Part shown: one piece after another, positions 9,301 through 18,594 of the stretch | How positions within the stretch are numbered: position 1 is the stretch's first letter | Layout of the letters: every line of letters starts with the position of its first letter | Virus record (IMG/VR): IMGVR_UViG_3300029286_000018 | Coordinates: 1-64,000 of that record | Source: a virus | DNA: 64,000 bases | Reading direction: 5' to 3' (one strand) | Position numbers and translations under genes: made by a program | Notes under the pieces: generated by a model | Database searches by the model: none | What the model was told of the DNA's origin: nothing | Seen by the model: the letters and a program-made list of their open reading frames with translations, nothing else

Positions 9301-11325
9301 TCAGTGCATCAAGGTGCTGGTACATTTAATAGTACACTTTCTGTAACTGGCGTCACAACATTGCAAGGTGCTTCTACCCTGCAGGGTGCAGTAAATATGA
9401 ACAGCACCCTCACTGTGACTGGTGTTTCAGTACATCAAGGTGCTGGTACATTTAATAGTACACTTTCTGTAACTGGCGTCACAACATTGCAAGGTGCTTC
9501 TACACTACAGGGTGCAGTAAATATGAATAGCACTCTTACTGTGACTGGTGTTTCAGTACATCAAGGTGCTGGTGCTTTTAACAGTACTCTTTCAGTTACT
9601 GGTGCATCTACTCTTATTGGTGACGTTACTGCAAGCGGAGACATTGCAGTGAACGGTGGAGACATTACAAGTACTGCTACTACATTCAATTTACTGAATA
9701 CTACTGTTACCAATGCAAACGTACTCGGTGCTGCAACAAGAGTTGTAATTGGTGCAAACAGTTCTGGTGCTGCTCTTATTAGAAACTCAAATATTTTGCT
9801 TGGTGGTACCGTTACTGGCACTACTACAATAAGCACTACTACTGGAACTGCTGCGCATTTAACGATATCTCCACAAGGAAATTTGACACTGAGTCCTTTA
9901 GGCTCTGTTGGAGCAGGTGGTATACGTCCGTCAGTTACTGTTCCTAATAATAGTGCTGGTACTGGTACCATTAGTATTAGCGGAGCTTATGTATTGATTG
10001 GAAATAGAAACGATGGTAGTGATTATAGCGGCGAAATAAGAATTCAAGAACAATCTGGAAATGATTATTTTGGATTAAAAGCACCTGACACTATGGCTGC
10101 AAGTACCACGTATACATTGCCATCTGCGTTTCCTGCATCTGCTGGCTACGTATTGCAATCTACAACTACCGGGTTAATGACATGGGCAGCTCCTGCACCA
10201 TCCGCAAATGTAGTAGTAACTGCCACGTCTGCAAGCTCAAACTACAAGTTGGTATTCACTGACGTTAATGCAACAAATACATCCGCTTCACTGTTAATTG
10301 ATACCACTTCTGGCATAGTGTATAATCCATCGACAGATGCATTAATTGTGAATGGTCCACTTTCTGCAAACAGTACTCTCTCTGTTACAGGTGATGCTAC
10401 TTTTGCAGGCAGTGTTATTGCTAACGGTGGCACTATTACAAGTAGCGCTACTACATTTAACTTGCTCAACACAACTGTTACTAATGCAAACGTACTCGGT
10501 GCTGCTAATACAATTTTAATAGGCTCTATTTCTGGCACTACGACAATTAGAAACGCTGGCACAAATATCAACGGTAATCTTACTGTTTCGGGTAGTTCTT
10601 CGTTTGGTGCTGCTGTTGACCATACATTTGGTTTGTCAAACAGAGGAGTGTTAATAAATGCAGGAAAAGGCACTAGTGAAATATTGAGTTATGGAAACGA
10701 AACTCTTGCTGTAAGTGGTATGGGTGGAAACGGAAGTTTAGAGTTGTTCGGGGGTAATGTTACTGTTGGCGATGATGGAAACAATGATGGCACGCAAATC
10801 GTTTTGGCTGACAATAGTAATCAAACCATAACATATTATGCATCCGGTGGGCATATATTTGGTGGTGTTGGATCTTTCGATGGACTCTTGACTGCAAGTG
10901 CGGGTATCTCTGTAAGTGGAGCAACCGCTGCCATTTTCAACGGTACGGTGAGTTGTAATAGTAACACCATATACAAGCCTACACTGCAGTACTACAACGA
11001 AGTATTAGCAAGTCCAGCCATTTCAGCCAATGTACTTACACTTGACTTGAGTACTGCACAGATGTTTACCGTATCTCTGAACGCCAACATTACCACATTC
11101 ACCATTACCAATACTCCTGCCACAGCAAACCGTTCCATTGGATTCACTCTTATCTTTACCGCAGACGGAACTGCACGAACCGTGACATGGGGTGCGGCTG
11201 TGAAGTGGGCAAACAACGATCCTCCTGCTTTAACTTCCACCAATGCCAAGAAAGATATTCTGTCGTTTGTTTCGCCTGATGGAGGCACAACCTTTTACGG
11301 CTTTATTGGAGGCTTGAATTTCTAA
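6310..11325 (+). CDS. Long tail fibre protein (1671 aa)
   Basis: Extensive Thr/Gly beta-repeats shared with the other two fibres; C-terminal LDLS...F...L..N.T...F...DGT.RTV.W...KW...P..T....DI..F...DGG domain typical of fibre tips that precede receptor-binding genes. Confidence 0.8.
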   Translation: MANSDKNISIIPNRSLTGQPQIIFTGQGNDPITLKVLDSTIGSLSFEGSAGQLLSITDSLSSGSIFSVNDISGMPSIDVNADGTVALAPFSGNIAIGVTSASFKLHVNGTLYTASAATFNSNVILSNGNLQTTTSTFNLITNTASTINIGTTSGSTISIASTTGTTTVNNSAIITGNLTVNGGTITSTATTFNLLNTTVTNANVLGAADTILIGSAGGSTTIRNAATRVNGTLTVTGVSVHQGAGAFNSTLSVTGTSTLIGDVTASGDIAVNGGDITSTSTTFNLLNATVTGLNVGGAANTVLLGGTGGTTTIRNAGTNINGTLTVTGVSVHQGAGAFNSTLTVTGATVVQGALSANGALSVTGTSTLIGDVTASGDLAVNGGDITSTATTFNLLNTTVTGLNVGGAANTVVLGGTGGTSTIRNAGTNINGTLTVTGVSVHQGAGTFNSTLSVTGVTTLQGASTLQGAVNMNSTLTVTGVSVHQGAGAFNSTLTVTGVTTLQGASTLQSAVNMNSTLTVTGVSVHQGAGAFNSTLSVTGASTLIGDVTASGDIAVNGGDITSTATTFNLLNATVTNANVLGAANTVLLGGTGGTATIRNAGTNINGTLTVTGVSVHQGAGAFNSTLTVTGVTTLQGASTLQGAVNMNSTLTVTGVSVHQGAGAFNSTLSVTGAATFVDDIAVNGGDITSTATTFNLLNTTVTNANVLGVANTVNIGSSVATINLGTGTTGANIYVKGNLYVQGATTTISSTTVSIADLNIVLADGQATTAGVNGAGISLGSTGITWQYNNTGNNWESTENVSIATGKAYKINNSAVLSSTVLGSSVTSASGLVQVGTIGLGTWQAGTIVTTYGGTGLSSYTAGDILYYVSGTTLSKLAISGTTNYVMTSDGSIPVWTVNSGTGSVVRAISSTLTGATLVNPIFTTVTATDLTLSGDIAVNGGDITSTATTFNLLNTTVTNANVLGAANTVVIGGTGGATTIRNAGTNINGTLTVTGVSVHQGAGTFNSTLSVTGVTTLQGASTLQGAVNMNSTLTVTGVSVHQGAGTFNSTLSVTGVTTLQGASTLQGAVNMNSTLTVTGVSVHQGAGAFNSTLSVTGASTLIGDVTASGDIAVNGGDITSTATTFNLLNTTVTNANVLGAATRVVIGANSSGAALIRNSNILLGGTVTGTTTISTTTGTAAHLTISPQGNLTLSPLGSVGAGGIRPSVTVPNNSAGTGTISISGAYVLIGNRNDGSDYSGEIRIQEQSGNDYFGLKAPDTMAASTTYTLPSAFPASAGYVLQSTTTGLMTWAAPAPSANVVVTATSASSNYKLVFTDVNATNTSASLLIDTTSGIVYNPSTDALIVNGPLSANSTLSVTGDATFAGSVIANGGTITSSATTFNLLNTTVTNANVLGAANTILIGSISGTTTIRNAGTNINGNLTVSGSSSFGAAVDHTFGLSNRGVLINAGKGTSEILSYGNETLAVSGMGGNGSLELFGGNVTVGDDGNNDGTQIVLADNSNQTITYYASGGHIFGGVGSFDGLLTASAGISVSGATAAIFNGTVSCNSNTIYKPTLQYYNEVLASPAISANVLTLDLSTAQMFTVSLNANITTFTITNTPATANRSIGFTLIFTADGTARTVTWGAAVKWANNDPPALTSTNAKKDILSFVSPDGGTTFYGFIGGLNF
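6850..10580 (+). repeat. Intragenic coding repeats of the tail fibre
   Basis: Many near-identical copies encoding NSTLTVTGVSVHQGAGAF, TGVTTLQGASTLQGAVNM and GDIAVNGGDITSTATTFNLLNTTVTNANVLGAANT; also in 1740-3420. Confidence 0.85.
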
Positions 11326-13412
11326 TGCTTGGTGGTCTTGGCAGCAACTCAGCGCGAAACGCAAAGAAAATTGTGCCTACGCTGTGGTTATGGGGACTCA
11401 ACTTCAGCGGTCGTTTGGGTCTTGGTGATACCAGCAGTCGCTCTAAACCTGTTGCGATTGATAGTGGAATGGCGTGGTCATCAGTAAGTGCGGGTGGTGG
11501 CCATACAATGGCAATTAAAAGCACAGGATCCCTGTGGGCGTGGGGATACAACGGCGAATCAACCTACTATGGCATCATTGGTGGTCAATTAGGTCTTGGT
11601 GATATCACCGCTCGCTCTTCTCCTGTTCAAGTGGGAACTGATACGAACTGGTCATCAGTAAGTGCGGGTAATCTCCATACAATGGCAATCAAATCCACAG
11701 GATCTTTGTGGGCTTGGGGGCAGAACTTCGTACCGTACTACTATGGCAATTTGGGTGACGGTCGTTTAGGTCTTGGTGATATCACCTATCGTTCTTCTCC
11801 TGTTCAAGTGGGAACTGATACGAATTGGGCATCAGTAAGTGCGGGTTATAGGCATACACTAGCCATCAGGACTACAGGATCTCTGTGGGCGTGGGGATTA
11901 AACACCAACGGGCAATTAGGTCTTGGTGATATCACCAATCGCTCTTCTCCTGTTCAAGTGGGAACAGATACGAATTGGTCATCGGTGAGTACGGGTACTT
12001 ATCATACACTAGCCATCAAAACCACAGGATCTTTGTGGGCATGGGGACTCAACAGCGGTCGTTTGGGTCTTGGTAATGCCACCAATCGCTCTTCTCCTGT
12101 TCAAGTGGGAACTGATACGAACTGGTCATCAGTAAGTGCGGGTGATTCCCATACACTAGCCATCAGGACTACAGGATCTCTTTGGGCATGGGGAAACAAC
12201 ACCAACGGTCAATTGGGTCTTGGTAATGCCACCAATCGCTCTTCTCCTGTTCAAGTGGGAACTGATACGAACTGGTCATCAGTAAGTGCGGGTAGTACCC
12301 ATACAATGGCAATCAGGACTACAGGATCTTTGTGGGCATGGGGATACAACGGCGACGGTCGTTTAGGGTTAGGAAACTCACCATCACTTTGTGAGTTTCC
12401 TGTTCAAGTGGGAACTGATACGAATTGGTCATCAGTAAGTGCGGGTGGTGCCCATACAATGGCAATCAGGACTACAGGATCCCTGTGGGCATGGGGAAGC
12501 AACCGCAACGCTCGTTTGGGTCTTGGTGATACCACCTATCGTTCTTCTCCTGTTCAAGTGGGAACTGATACGAATTGGTCATCGGTGAGTGCGGGTGATG
12601 GTGTGTTTGATTCCCATACACTAGCCATCAGGACTACAGGATCTCTTTGGGCATGGGGACACAACAACAGCGGTCGTTTGGGTCTTGGTGATACCGCCAA
12701 TCGCTCTTCTCCTGTTCAAGTGGGAACTGATACGAACTGGTCATCAGTAAGTACGGGTAATCTCCATACAATGACAATCAAATCCACAGGATCCCTGTGG
12801 GCTTGGGGATACAACGGCAGAGGTCAATTGGGTCTTGGTAATGCCACCAATCGCTCTTCTCCTGTTCAAGTGGGAACTGATACGAACTGGTCATCAGTAA
12901 GTGCGGGTAATACCCATACAATGGCAATCAGGACTACAGGATCTCTTTGGGCATGGGGATACCACAGCCTAGGTCGTTTGGGTCTTGGTGATGCCACCAA
13001 TCGCTCTTCTCCTGTTCAAGTGGGAACTGATACGAATTGGTCATCGGTGAGTGCGGGTGATTCCCATACACTAGCCATCAGGACTACAGGATCTCTTTGG
13101 GCATGGGGATACAACGTCAGCGGTCAATTGGGTCTTGGTGATTTTACCGCTCGCTCTTCTCCTGTTCAAGTGGGAACTGATACGAATTGGGCATCAGTAA
13201 GTGCGGGTTATAAGCATACACTAGCCCGCAAAACAGACGGCAGTTTGTGGAGTTGGGGGCTAAGGGGAGTTGGACAATCTGGTGTGCCTATTATACGATC
13301 CACTTCATCACCAGTTCAGGTACAAACAGCAACAAACTGGAAACGCCAATCATCCGCAGTTAATCATAACGCAGCAGTAAAGATTTTTACTACACAGAAT
13401 CCTACTACATAA
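11325..13412 (+). CDS. RCC1/BLIP-II repeat beta-propeller protein, probable receptor-binding protein
   Basis: About 13 repeats of consensus GSLWAWGxNxxGQLGLG...SSPVQVGTDTNWSSVSAGxxHT.AI; TAATG coupling to the fibre gene. Confidence 0.9.
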   Translation: MLGGLGSNSARNAKKIVPTLWLWGLNFSGRLGLGDTSSRSKPVAIDSGMAWSSVSAGGGHTMAIKSTGSLWAWGYNGESTYYGIIGGQLGLGDITARSSPVQVGTDTNWSSVSAGNLHTMAIKSTGSLWAWGQNFVPYYYGNLGDGRLGLGDITYRSSPVQVGTDTNWASVSAGYRHTLAIRTTGSLWAWGLNTNGQLGLGDITNRSSPVQVGTDTNWSSVSTGTYHTLAIKTTGSLWAWGLNSGRLGLGNATNRSSPVQVGTDTNWSSVSAGDSHTLAIRTTGSLWAWGNNTNGQLGLGNATNRSSPVQVGTDTNWSSVSAGSTHTMAIRTTGSLWAWGYNGDGRLGLGNSPSLCEFPVQVGTDTNWSSVSAGGAHTMAIRTTGSLWAWGSNRNARLGLGDTTYRSSPVQVGTDTNWSSVSAGDGVFDSHTLAIRTTGSLWAWGHNNSGRLGLGDTANRSSPVQVGTDTNWSSVSTGNLHTMTIKSTGSLWAWGYNGRGQLGLGNATNRSSPVQVGTDTNWSSVSAGNTHTMAIRTTGSLWAWGYHSLGRLGLGDATNRSSPVQVGTDTNWSSVSAGDSHTLAIRTTGSLWAWGYNVSGQLGLGDFTARSSPVQVGTDTNWASVSAGYKHTLARKTDGSLWSWGLRGVGQSGVPIIRSTSSPVQVQTATNWKRQSSAVNHNAAVKIFTTQNPTT
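11475..13260 (+). repeat. ~150-bp coding tandem repeat (RCC1 blades)
   Basis: 11 copies of CCTGTTCAAGTGGGAACWGATACGAAYTGG at ~150-bp spacing (e.g. 12096, 12246, 12711, 12861, 13011, 13161). Confidence 0.9.
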
Positions 13413-13439
13413 TTCAGTCTACACAATGGAGTTTATATT

Positions 13440-15233
13440 ATGAAATCACTACACTTTTTATCAGGTCTTCCTCGCAGCGGTTCCACCGTTCTTGCTGCGC
13501 TGTTGAATCAACATCCGCAAATTAAAGCCACATCCACAAGTGGACTCATAGACATTATGGGTGCGGTGTGTGCGGCATGGGAAGGTTCTCCAACAAAAGG
13601 AGATGCTTCCACAGCAGAAGTACACCGTTTGCTGCTTTCTGTGGTTGGGGGAAAATACGAAACCGAACCCAAACCAGTCATCATAGACAAGAGCAGAGGA
13701 TGGGCAAATCCTGTCATTATGAAAACCATGCACCAAGTGCTTGGTAGACCACCAAAAATTATTGCTACGGTTCGTCATCCTGCTGATTGTGCGGCATCGT
13801 TTGTGCGTTTAATCAAGCCAGACAATCTCACGGTATTCTTAAACGGCTCTCAGATTATTTCACACCTGAAGTCTTCGTATGCCACCCTGCAAGAAGGATA
13901 CGAAGACAATCCTGAATGCTTTCTGTTTGTGGACTATGACGAGTTGCTGCAATCACCACAGGCGCAAATGAATCGGGTCTTGGAATTCTTGGAATTGCCC
14001 CCGCACCAATTTGACTTTAACTGTATTGACACTCAAGTAGTGGCAGAGCGAGATGATGCTGCATGGGGCATTCCCAATCTACACACTATTGCTCCTCGTT
14101 TGGGCAGACAACACAACAAAACAGCAAAAGATATTCTTGGGTATCATTGGGACTCGTTTCACAAGCCACGATTCTGGATGGGTGAAACCCAAGCAGAGAT
14201 ACCAAAGAAGAAAATTGATATCTCCGTGGAACTTTCCAAACAAGGACAGTTTGAAGAGTCTTATCGTGTACTCCAAGCAGCACAGGCTGAACGCCCTGAG
14301 TGCAACAAGATTGCTTTTAACATGGGATGGTTTGCTCTGCGTGAAGGAAAACTTCAAGAGGGCATGAATCTTATGTCAAGGGGACGATACGAAAACGCTT
14401 TTGGAAATCCCAAGCCTGATGTGCCTACCCCGATATGGGACGGCAAGAGCATGGGAACTGTTCTTTATTACCTTGAAGGCGGTTTGGGTGATCAGATTCA
14501 TTCGTTAAAATATATTTCTGATCTGAATCGCCGTGGCTGTGATGTCATAGTGGCGTGTTCACCAGAACTGTGTCCCATCGTGAAGACTTGCACGGGCGTG
14601 AAAATGATTATTGATCATCGTGCCGCAGGATTGGTGTATCACAATTTTTGGATTCCTGCCATGTCTGTTCTCACGCCTTTGGGATACGAGTATTCAGACA
14701 TTAACGGCAAGGCGTATATTCCACGCACACATACGCCAAATGCTCCTCGTCCTGTGATTGGTGTGCGTTGGCAAGGAAATCCCAAGTTTGAGGACGAGCA
14801 GAATCGCAGGTTTCCATTGGAGCCGTTCTTTGAAGCACTACGAGACATAGACGCAGACTTTGTGTGTCTGCAACGGGATGAAGGTGAGGAGGACTGCCCT
14901 GATTTTATTCGTAAGGTAGCCTTGAATAATTGGGAACAAACACGGGAAGTCATATCAGGCTGTGATCTTGTAATATCGTCCTGCACAAGTATTGCCCATC
15001 TTTCGGGTGCTATGGGTGTGCCTACATGGGTGGTGTTACCTGTGCTGAATTATTATATTTGGAGTCCTGAAGGAGAGTCATCTCCCTTCTACGATTCCGT
15101 GCGGTTGTTCCGTCAAGAAAAATTCGGAGATTGGAATACTCCGATAGAAAAGTTAGGTACTGAACTTGTAACTACATACGGAAGGAGACAAGCAAATGAA
15201 GAAAATACGAATAGAAAACAACTCTGTGGTTGA
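13440..15233 (+). CDS. Sulfotransferase / TPR / GT9-like glycosyltransferase fusion
   Basis: PAPS-binding loop SGLPRSGST and R.P.D..AS; central helical repeat; C-terminal EGGLGDQI and DLVIS..TSIAHL.GAMG.P.W of GT9 heptosyltransferase-like GT-B enzymes. Confidence 0.8.
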   Translation: MKSLHFLSGLPRSGSTVLAALLNQHPQIKATSTSGLIDIMGAVCAAWEGSPTKGDASTAEVHRLLLSVVGGKYETEPKPVIIDKSRGWANPVIMKTMHQVLGRPPKIIATVRHPADCAASFVRLIKPDNLTVFLNGSQIISHLKSSYATLQEGYEDNPECFLFVDYDELLQSPQAQMNRVLEFLELPPHQFDFNCIDTQVVAERDDAAWGIPNLHTIAPRLGRQHNKTAKDILGYHWDSFHKPRFWMGETQAEIPKKKIDISVELSKQGQFEESYRVLQAAQAERPECNKIAFNMGWFALREGKLQEGMNLMSRGRYENAFGNPKPDVPTPIWDGKSMGTVLYYLEGGLGDQIHSLKYISDLNRRGCDVIVACSPELCPIVKTCTGVKMIIDHRAAGLVYHNFWIPAMSVLTPLGYEYSDINGKAYIPRTHTPNAPRPVIGVRWQGNPKFEDEQNRRFPLEPFFEALRDIDADFVCLQRDEGEEDCPDFIRKVALNNWEQTREVISGCDLVISSCTSIAHLSGAMGVPTWVVLPVLNYYIWSPEGESSPFYDSVRLFRQEKFGDWNTPIEKLGTELVTTYGRRQANEENTNRKQLCG

Positions 15234-15609
15234 GTGCATGAATGCAGACGAGGTTCCTGAAGGAGCCATGAACACAGGCGATTGGCGCGATGCGGTGGAG
15301 GTTCAACCTGAACTGGTTGCAGGAAAACAGATTACCGATGGGCATTGGTTTGACTTAACCAAGACTCCTGTAGAGATTCTTTGGAATGTTAAAGACTTGA
15401 GTGTGGAAGACCGAAAGCAGCCTCTGCTTTCTGCCGTAGATCAAAAGTATAAACAGCAACTCACAGATGTTGTGAACACCGCAAATGATCCAGCAGAAAG
15501 CACACAGGCGTTTCTGCAAGCCATGATGGACAAACAAGCCGATAAAGCGGTTGTGACTGCTCTTACCACCCACCAACAGATTGACGATTACATAGCAAAC
15601 AATCCTTAA
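15196..15609 (+). CDS. Hypothetical protein (possibly fibre-associated)
   Basis: GAAGGAG RBS; intact 137-aa ORF coupled to next gene. Confidence 0.6.
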   Translation: MKKIRIENNSVVECMNADEVPEGAMNTGDWRDAVEVQPELVAGKQITDGHWFDLTKTPVEILWNVKDLSVEDRKQPLLSAVDQKYKQQLTDVVNTANDPAESTQAFLQAMMDKQADKAVVTALTTHQQIDDYIANNP

Positions 15610-16430
15610 TGCGAATAGCGTTCACTATTATTCATAATGGGCTTCATCACCTGAAGCATAACGAGCAAGCAAAGTGCATACTTCGTGACTGTGATTGGTG
15701 GGTTGTGGTGGAAGGTGCTGCACGGTCAAACGGCAGTACTCGTTGGTGCAAGGAGTTTCCTTCGCATCTTCACGACAACGGCAGAAGCGTGGACGGAACG
15801 CATGATTACCTGTTGGAATTGCAACAGCAACACCCCAACTTGGTGTATGTTCAGTCTGACGGCTTTTGGCATTCCAAAGATGTACAGGTGAATCGTGCAG
15901 TAGAAGAAGTTCGTAAACTCACAGACTCGTGCTACCTGTGGCAGATAGACATAGACGAGCAATGGACTGCGGAATCCATGACCGCAGCAGAACAAGAACT
16001 CACCACAATTGCAGGATCGTTTCGTGCAGACTGTTATGTGGGAAAACAGTTGCGTGCAATTGGTGAATGGGGTGAGTGCAGGAGTTACGGATATATTCGT
16101 CTATGGCGTTGGGGTGGGCAGAATTTCATTTATCACGAACCACCACTACTCGATGGGGCAGGAAATGATGCTATACTATTAAAACCACGTTTCAAACATT
16201 TCAATTATTACTTTGAACAGGATGTTGCGTTCAAGGATGCGTGGTATGGTGGACACGATGGAATACTTGAACGGTGGCGACTATTAAACCAATTACCCCA
16301 ACGAAATTTTCCTTTGCATATTTCAAACCTGATAACAGGTGAGTGGGGTAAGACTAGCAGCGCAATTATTTATGATGAGGTGAATGATGGAAGAAACAGG
16401 ACAAATACAATTGGGAACTCCATTTGGTGA
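15609..16430 (+). CDS. GT-A fold glycosyltransferase-like protein
   Basis: WVVVEG, SVDGT..YL, QIDIDEQW (DxD), HEPP and KHFNY motifs. Confidence 0.65.
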   Translation: MRIAFTIIHNGLHHLKHNEQAKCILRDCDWWVVVEGAARSNGSTRWCKEFPSHLHDNGRSVDGTHDYLLELQQQHPNLVYVQSDGFWHSKDVQVNRAVEEVRKLTDSCYLWQIDIDEQWTAESMTAAEQELTTIAGSFRADCYVGKQLRAIGEWGECRSYGYIRLWRWGGQNFIYHEPPLLDGAGNDAILLKPRFKHFNYYFEQDVAFKDAWYGGHDGILERWRLLNQLPQRNFPLHISNLITGEWGKTSSAIIYDEVNDGRNRTNTIGNSIW

Positions 16431-17007
16431 TCACCTGTACAGTCTGTGTGCCAAAAATTCTGCTGTGAAAACCGTAGTGGAGATTGGCACATGGAAGGGA
16501 TTGGGCAGCACCAAGTGCATCATGCAAGGTTTATCTGATTCAGGTAAAGAAGGTGTATCTTTTTTTAGTCTTGAAGCAGAAAGGGGCATGCACGAAACTG
16601 CCTGTCGTGCATGGCAAGACAAACTGCCTCCGTGGGCGCATCTTATTCACGGACGAATAGTTGAGCGAACAGAAATGGATTCTGCTGATTTGGGGACAGG
16701 GCATCCTGACGAAGAGCGATGGTTCAAGCAGGATGAATCTGCATTTGAGTCCTGCCCAAATGTACTAAACTTCCTGCCCAACACCATTGATTTTCTGTTT
16801 TTAGATGGCGGTGAATTCTCGACTTATTCAGAGTACATTAAACTAAAGAATCGTTCGCAGTTCATTGGAATCGATGACAGTACTCAAAGAAAATGCAGAC
16901 GCATCCGAGAAGAGATTCTCTCAGATTCGGATCGGTACGAAATATTAATAGACAATCCGTGGTATCGCAACGGAGTACTCATTTGCAGAAACAGAAATCA
17001 CCAATGA
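16384..17007 (+). CDS. Class I SAM-dependent methyltransferase (Methyltransf_24-like)
   Basis: VVEIGTWKGLGS motif I; IDFLFLDGG; IDD. Confidence 0.7.
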   Translation: MMEETGQIQLGTPFGDHLYSLCAKNSAVKTVVEIGTWKGLGSTKCIMQGLSDSGKEGVSFFSLEAERGMHETACRAWQDKLPPWAHLIHGRIVERTEMDSADLGTGHPDEERWFKQDESAFESCPNVLNFLPNTIDFLFLDGGEFSTYSEYIKLKNRSQFIGIDDSTQRKCRRIREEILSDSDRYEILIDNPWYRNGVLICRNRNHQ

Positions 17008-17729
17008 AAAAGGTTCTTGTGATAGGCGATAGTTGCCGTGATGTATTTGTTTATTGTGAAACACAGAGACTGGCACCAGATGTGCCTGTTCCCGTATTGA
17101 ATGTGGTTCACCAAGTTGAAAATCCTGGAATGGCTGCAAATGTCCACCGAAACATTTCACGCTATGTTCCATGCGATTTACTGACAAACACAAACTGGCA
17201 CGAAACAACCAAAATGAGATATGTGGACGAGAAAACCAATCATATGTTTCTAAGAGTGGACAGTAATCAGCCCATACCTGTACTTGATACTCAAGACATT
17301 AATTTTGATTACGAGATGATTGTTGTTTCGGATTACAACAAGGGATTTATTTCAGAGTCACAAATTGAGTACATCTGCTCTCGTCATCCGTGTGTGTTTG
17401 TTGATACCAAGAAACTTATTGGGGCATGGGCAAGGAACGCTGCTGCAATCAAAATCAACGACAAAGAGTATAATCTGTCACGGCATACAATTAGTACAGA
17501 CATTGCACAGAAAATTATTCACACAATGGGGGATCGTGGTTGTGAATATCGTGAAAAGCATTACCCTGTCAAGAAAGTGGATGTGCGAGATGTTTCTGGT
17601 GCAGGAGACAGTTTTATGGCTGCTCTGTGTGTGAAATATATGGAAACTAAAGACATTGCAGCATCCTTGGATTTTGCCAATAGTTGTGCGGCTGAAACCG
17701 TGACACATCGTGGTGTTACCACCATCTAA
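17004..17729 (+). CDS. hldA: D-glycero-D-manno-heptose-7-phosphate kinase (HldE/RfaE domain I, PfkB family)
   Basis: VLVIGD..RD...RL.PD.PVPV, GMAANV, SDYNKG, VD.K, DVSGAGD; real start ATG 17004 (ATGA overlap). Confidence 0.85.
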   Translation: MKKVLVIGDSCRDVFVYCETQRLAPDVPVPVLNVVHQVENPGMAANVHRNISRYVPCDLLTNTNWHETTKMRYVDEKTNHMFLRVDSNQPIPVLDTQDINFDYEMIVVSDYNKGFISESQIEYICSRHPCVFVDTKKLIGAWARNAAAIKINDKEYNLSRHTISTDIAQKIIHTMGDRGCEYREKHYPVKKVDVRDVSGAGDSFMAALCVKYMETKDIAASLDFANSCAAETVTHRGVTTI

Positions 17730-17739
17730 AGGAGATATT

Positions 17740-18594
17740 GTGATTGTAGTAACAGGAGCGCAAGGTTTCATAGGTAGCACAATGGTGTCCCATCTAAACA
17801 ATATGGGCGCAGACAGCATTGTTGGAGTTGACGATTCGTCAATAGACACCAACAACTTGCAGGGCTGCAAACTGCACGGATTGCATCCAATATCCGTAAA
17901 CGAGGCAGACATTCTTCCTAGTGGTGACATTGAGGCAGTATTTCACTTTGGTGCAATCTCAAACACTTTGGAGCGAGATGTAACCAAGATGCACCACTAC
18001 AACACGCTGTACACTCAGGTGTTAAACAAGGTCTGCAAGCAACGGCGCATTCCGATGATTTTTAGTTCAACGGCAGCAATCTACGGAAATGGAAACGGTA
18101 CTCTGAATCTCTACGCCCAATCAAAACTTGAAAGTGAAAACGAGATAGCAGATCATGCTGTGTGCCTTCGTTTATTTAATGTGTACGGGCAGAGAGAATT
18201 CCATAAGGGCAGAATGGCATCGGTTGCTTTTAAGTGGCTGCAAGAGTTACGGGAGGCAAACACAATCCGTATCTTTGAAAATTCAAACCAATACATGAGA
18301 GATTTTGTATTTGTTGGTGATGTATGCAAGACCGCATATGCTCTTCTTTCAATGTACAAGCCAGGTGTGTATGACTTGGGAAGCGGAGTTAGTAGAAGTT
18401 TTGAGGAAGTTGCTGACCTCTTGATTGCGTATCATGGTAGCGGGACAAAGAATTATATTCCCATGCCCGAAGACCTGAAGGCGCAGTATCAGACAAGCAC
18501 TAGGGCAGACATGAGAAAATTACAGTCAATAGGAATAGCAGCACATACAACTTCGATTGAAGACGGTATCAAGACATACGGAGAGATGAAATGA
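17740..18594 (+). CDS. hldD: ADP-L-glycero-D-manno-heptose 6-epimerase
   Basis: IVVTGAQGFIGS, FHFGAISNT, SS.AA.YG, YAQSK, LRLFNVYG.REFHKGRMASV, RDFVFV.D; AAGGAG RBS before GTG 17740. Confidence 0.88.
   Translation: MIVVTGAQGFIGSTMVSHLNNMGADSIVGVDDSSIDTNNLQGCKLHGLHPISVNEADILPSGDIEAVFHFGAISNTLERDVTKMHHYNTLYTQVLNKVCKQRRIPMIFSSTAAIYGNGNGTLNLYAQSKLESENEIADHAVCLRLFNVYGQREFHKGRMASVAFKWLQELREANTIRIFENSNQYMRDFVFVGDVCKTAYALLSMYKPGVYDLGSGVSRSFEEVADLLIAYHGSGTKNYIPMPEDLKAQYQTSTRADMRKLQSIGIAAHTTSIEDGIKTYGEMK

Noticed and set aside
1623-11288. Many minus-strand ORFs (Val/Pro-rich) over the fibre genes
   Set aside because: Antisense shadows of repetitive Thr/Gly codons; no RBS or independent motifs.
11475-13260. 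Regularly spaced ~30-bp identical sequences resembling a CRISPR array
   Set aside because: The intervening sequences are homologous to each other and the whole array is in-frame RCC1 coding sequence; no cas genes.
16893-17003. Longer starts in the ORF track (also 980, 3809, 17710, 23961, 30641, 41205, 49583, 51395, 52937, 59494, 60713)
   Set aside because: They overlap upstream genes or lack an RBS; downstream starts have RBS or stop-start coupling and begin at the recognisable domain.
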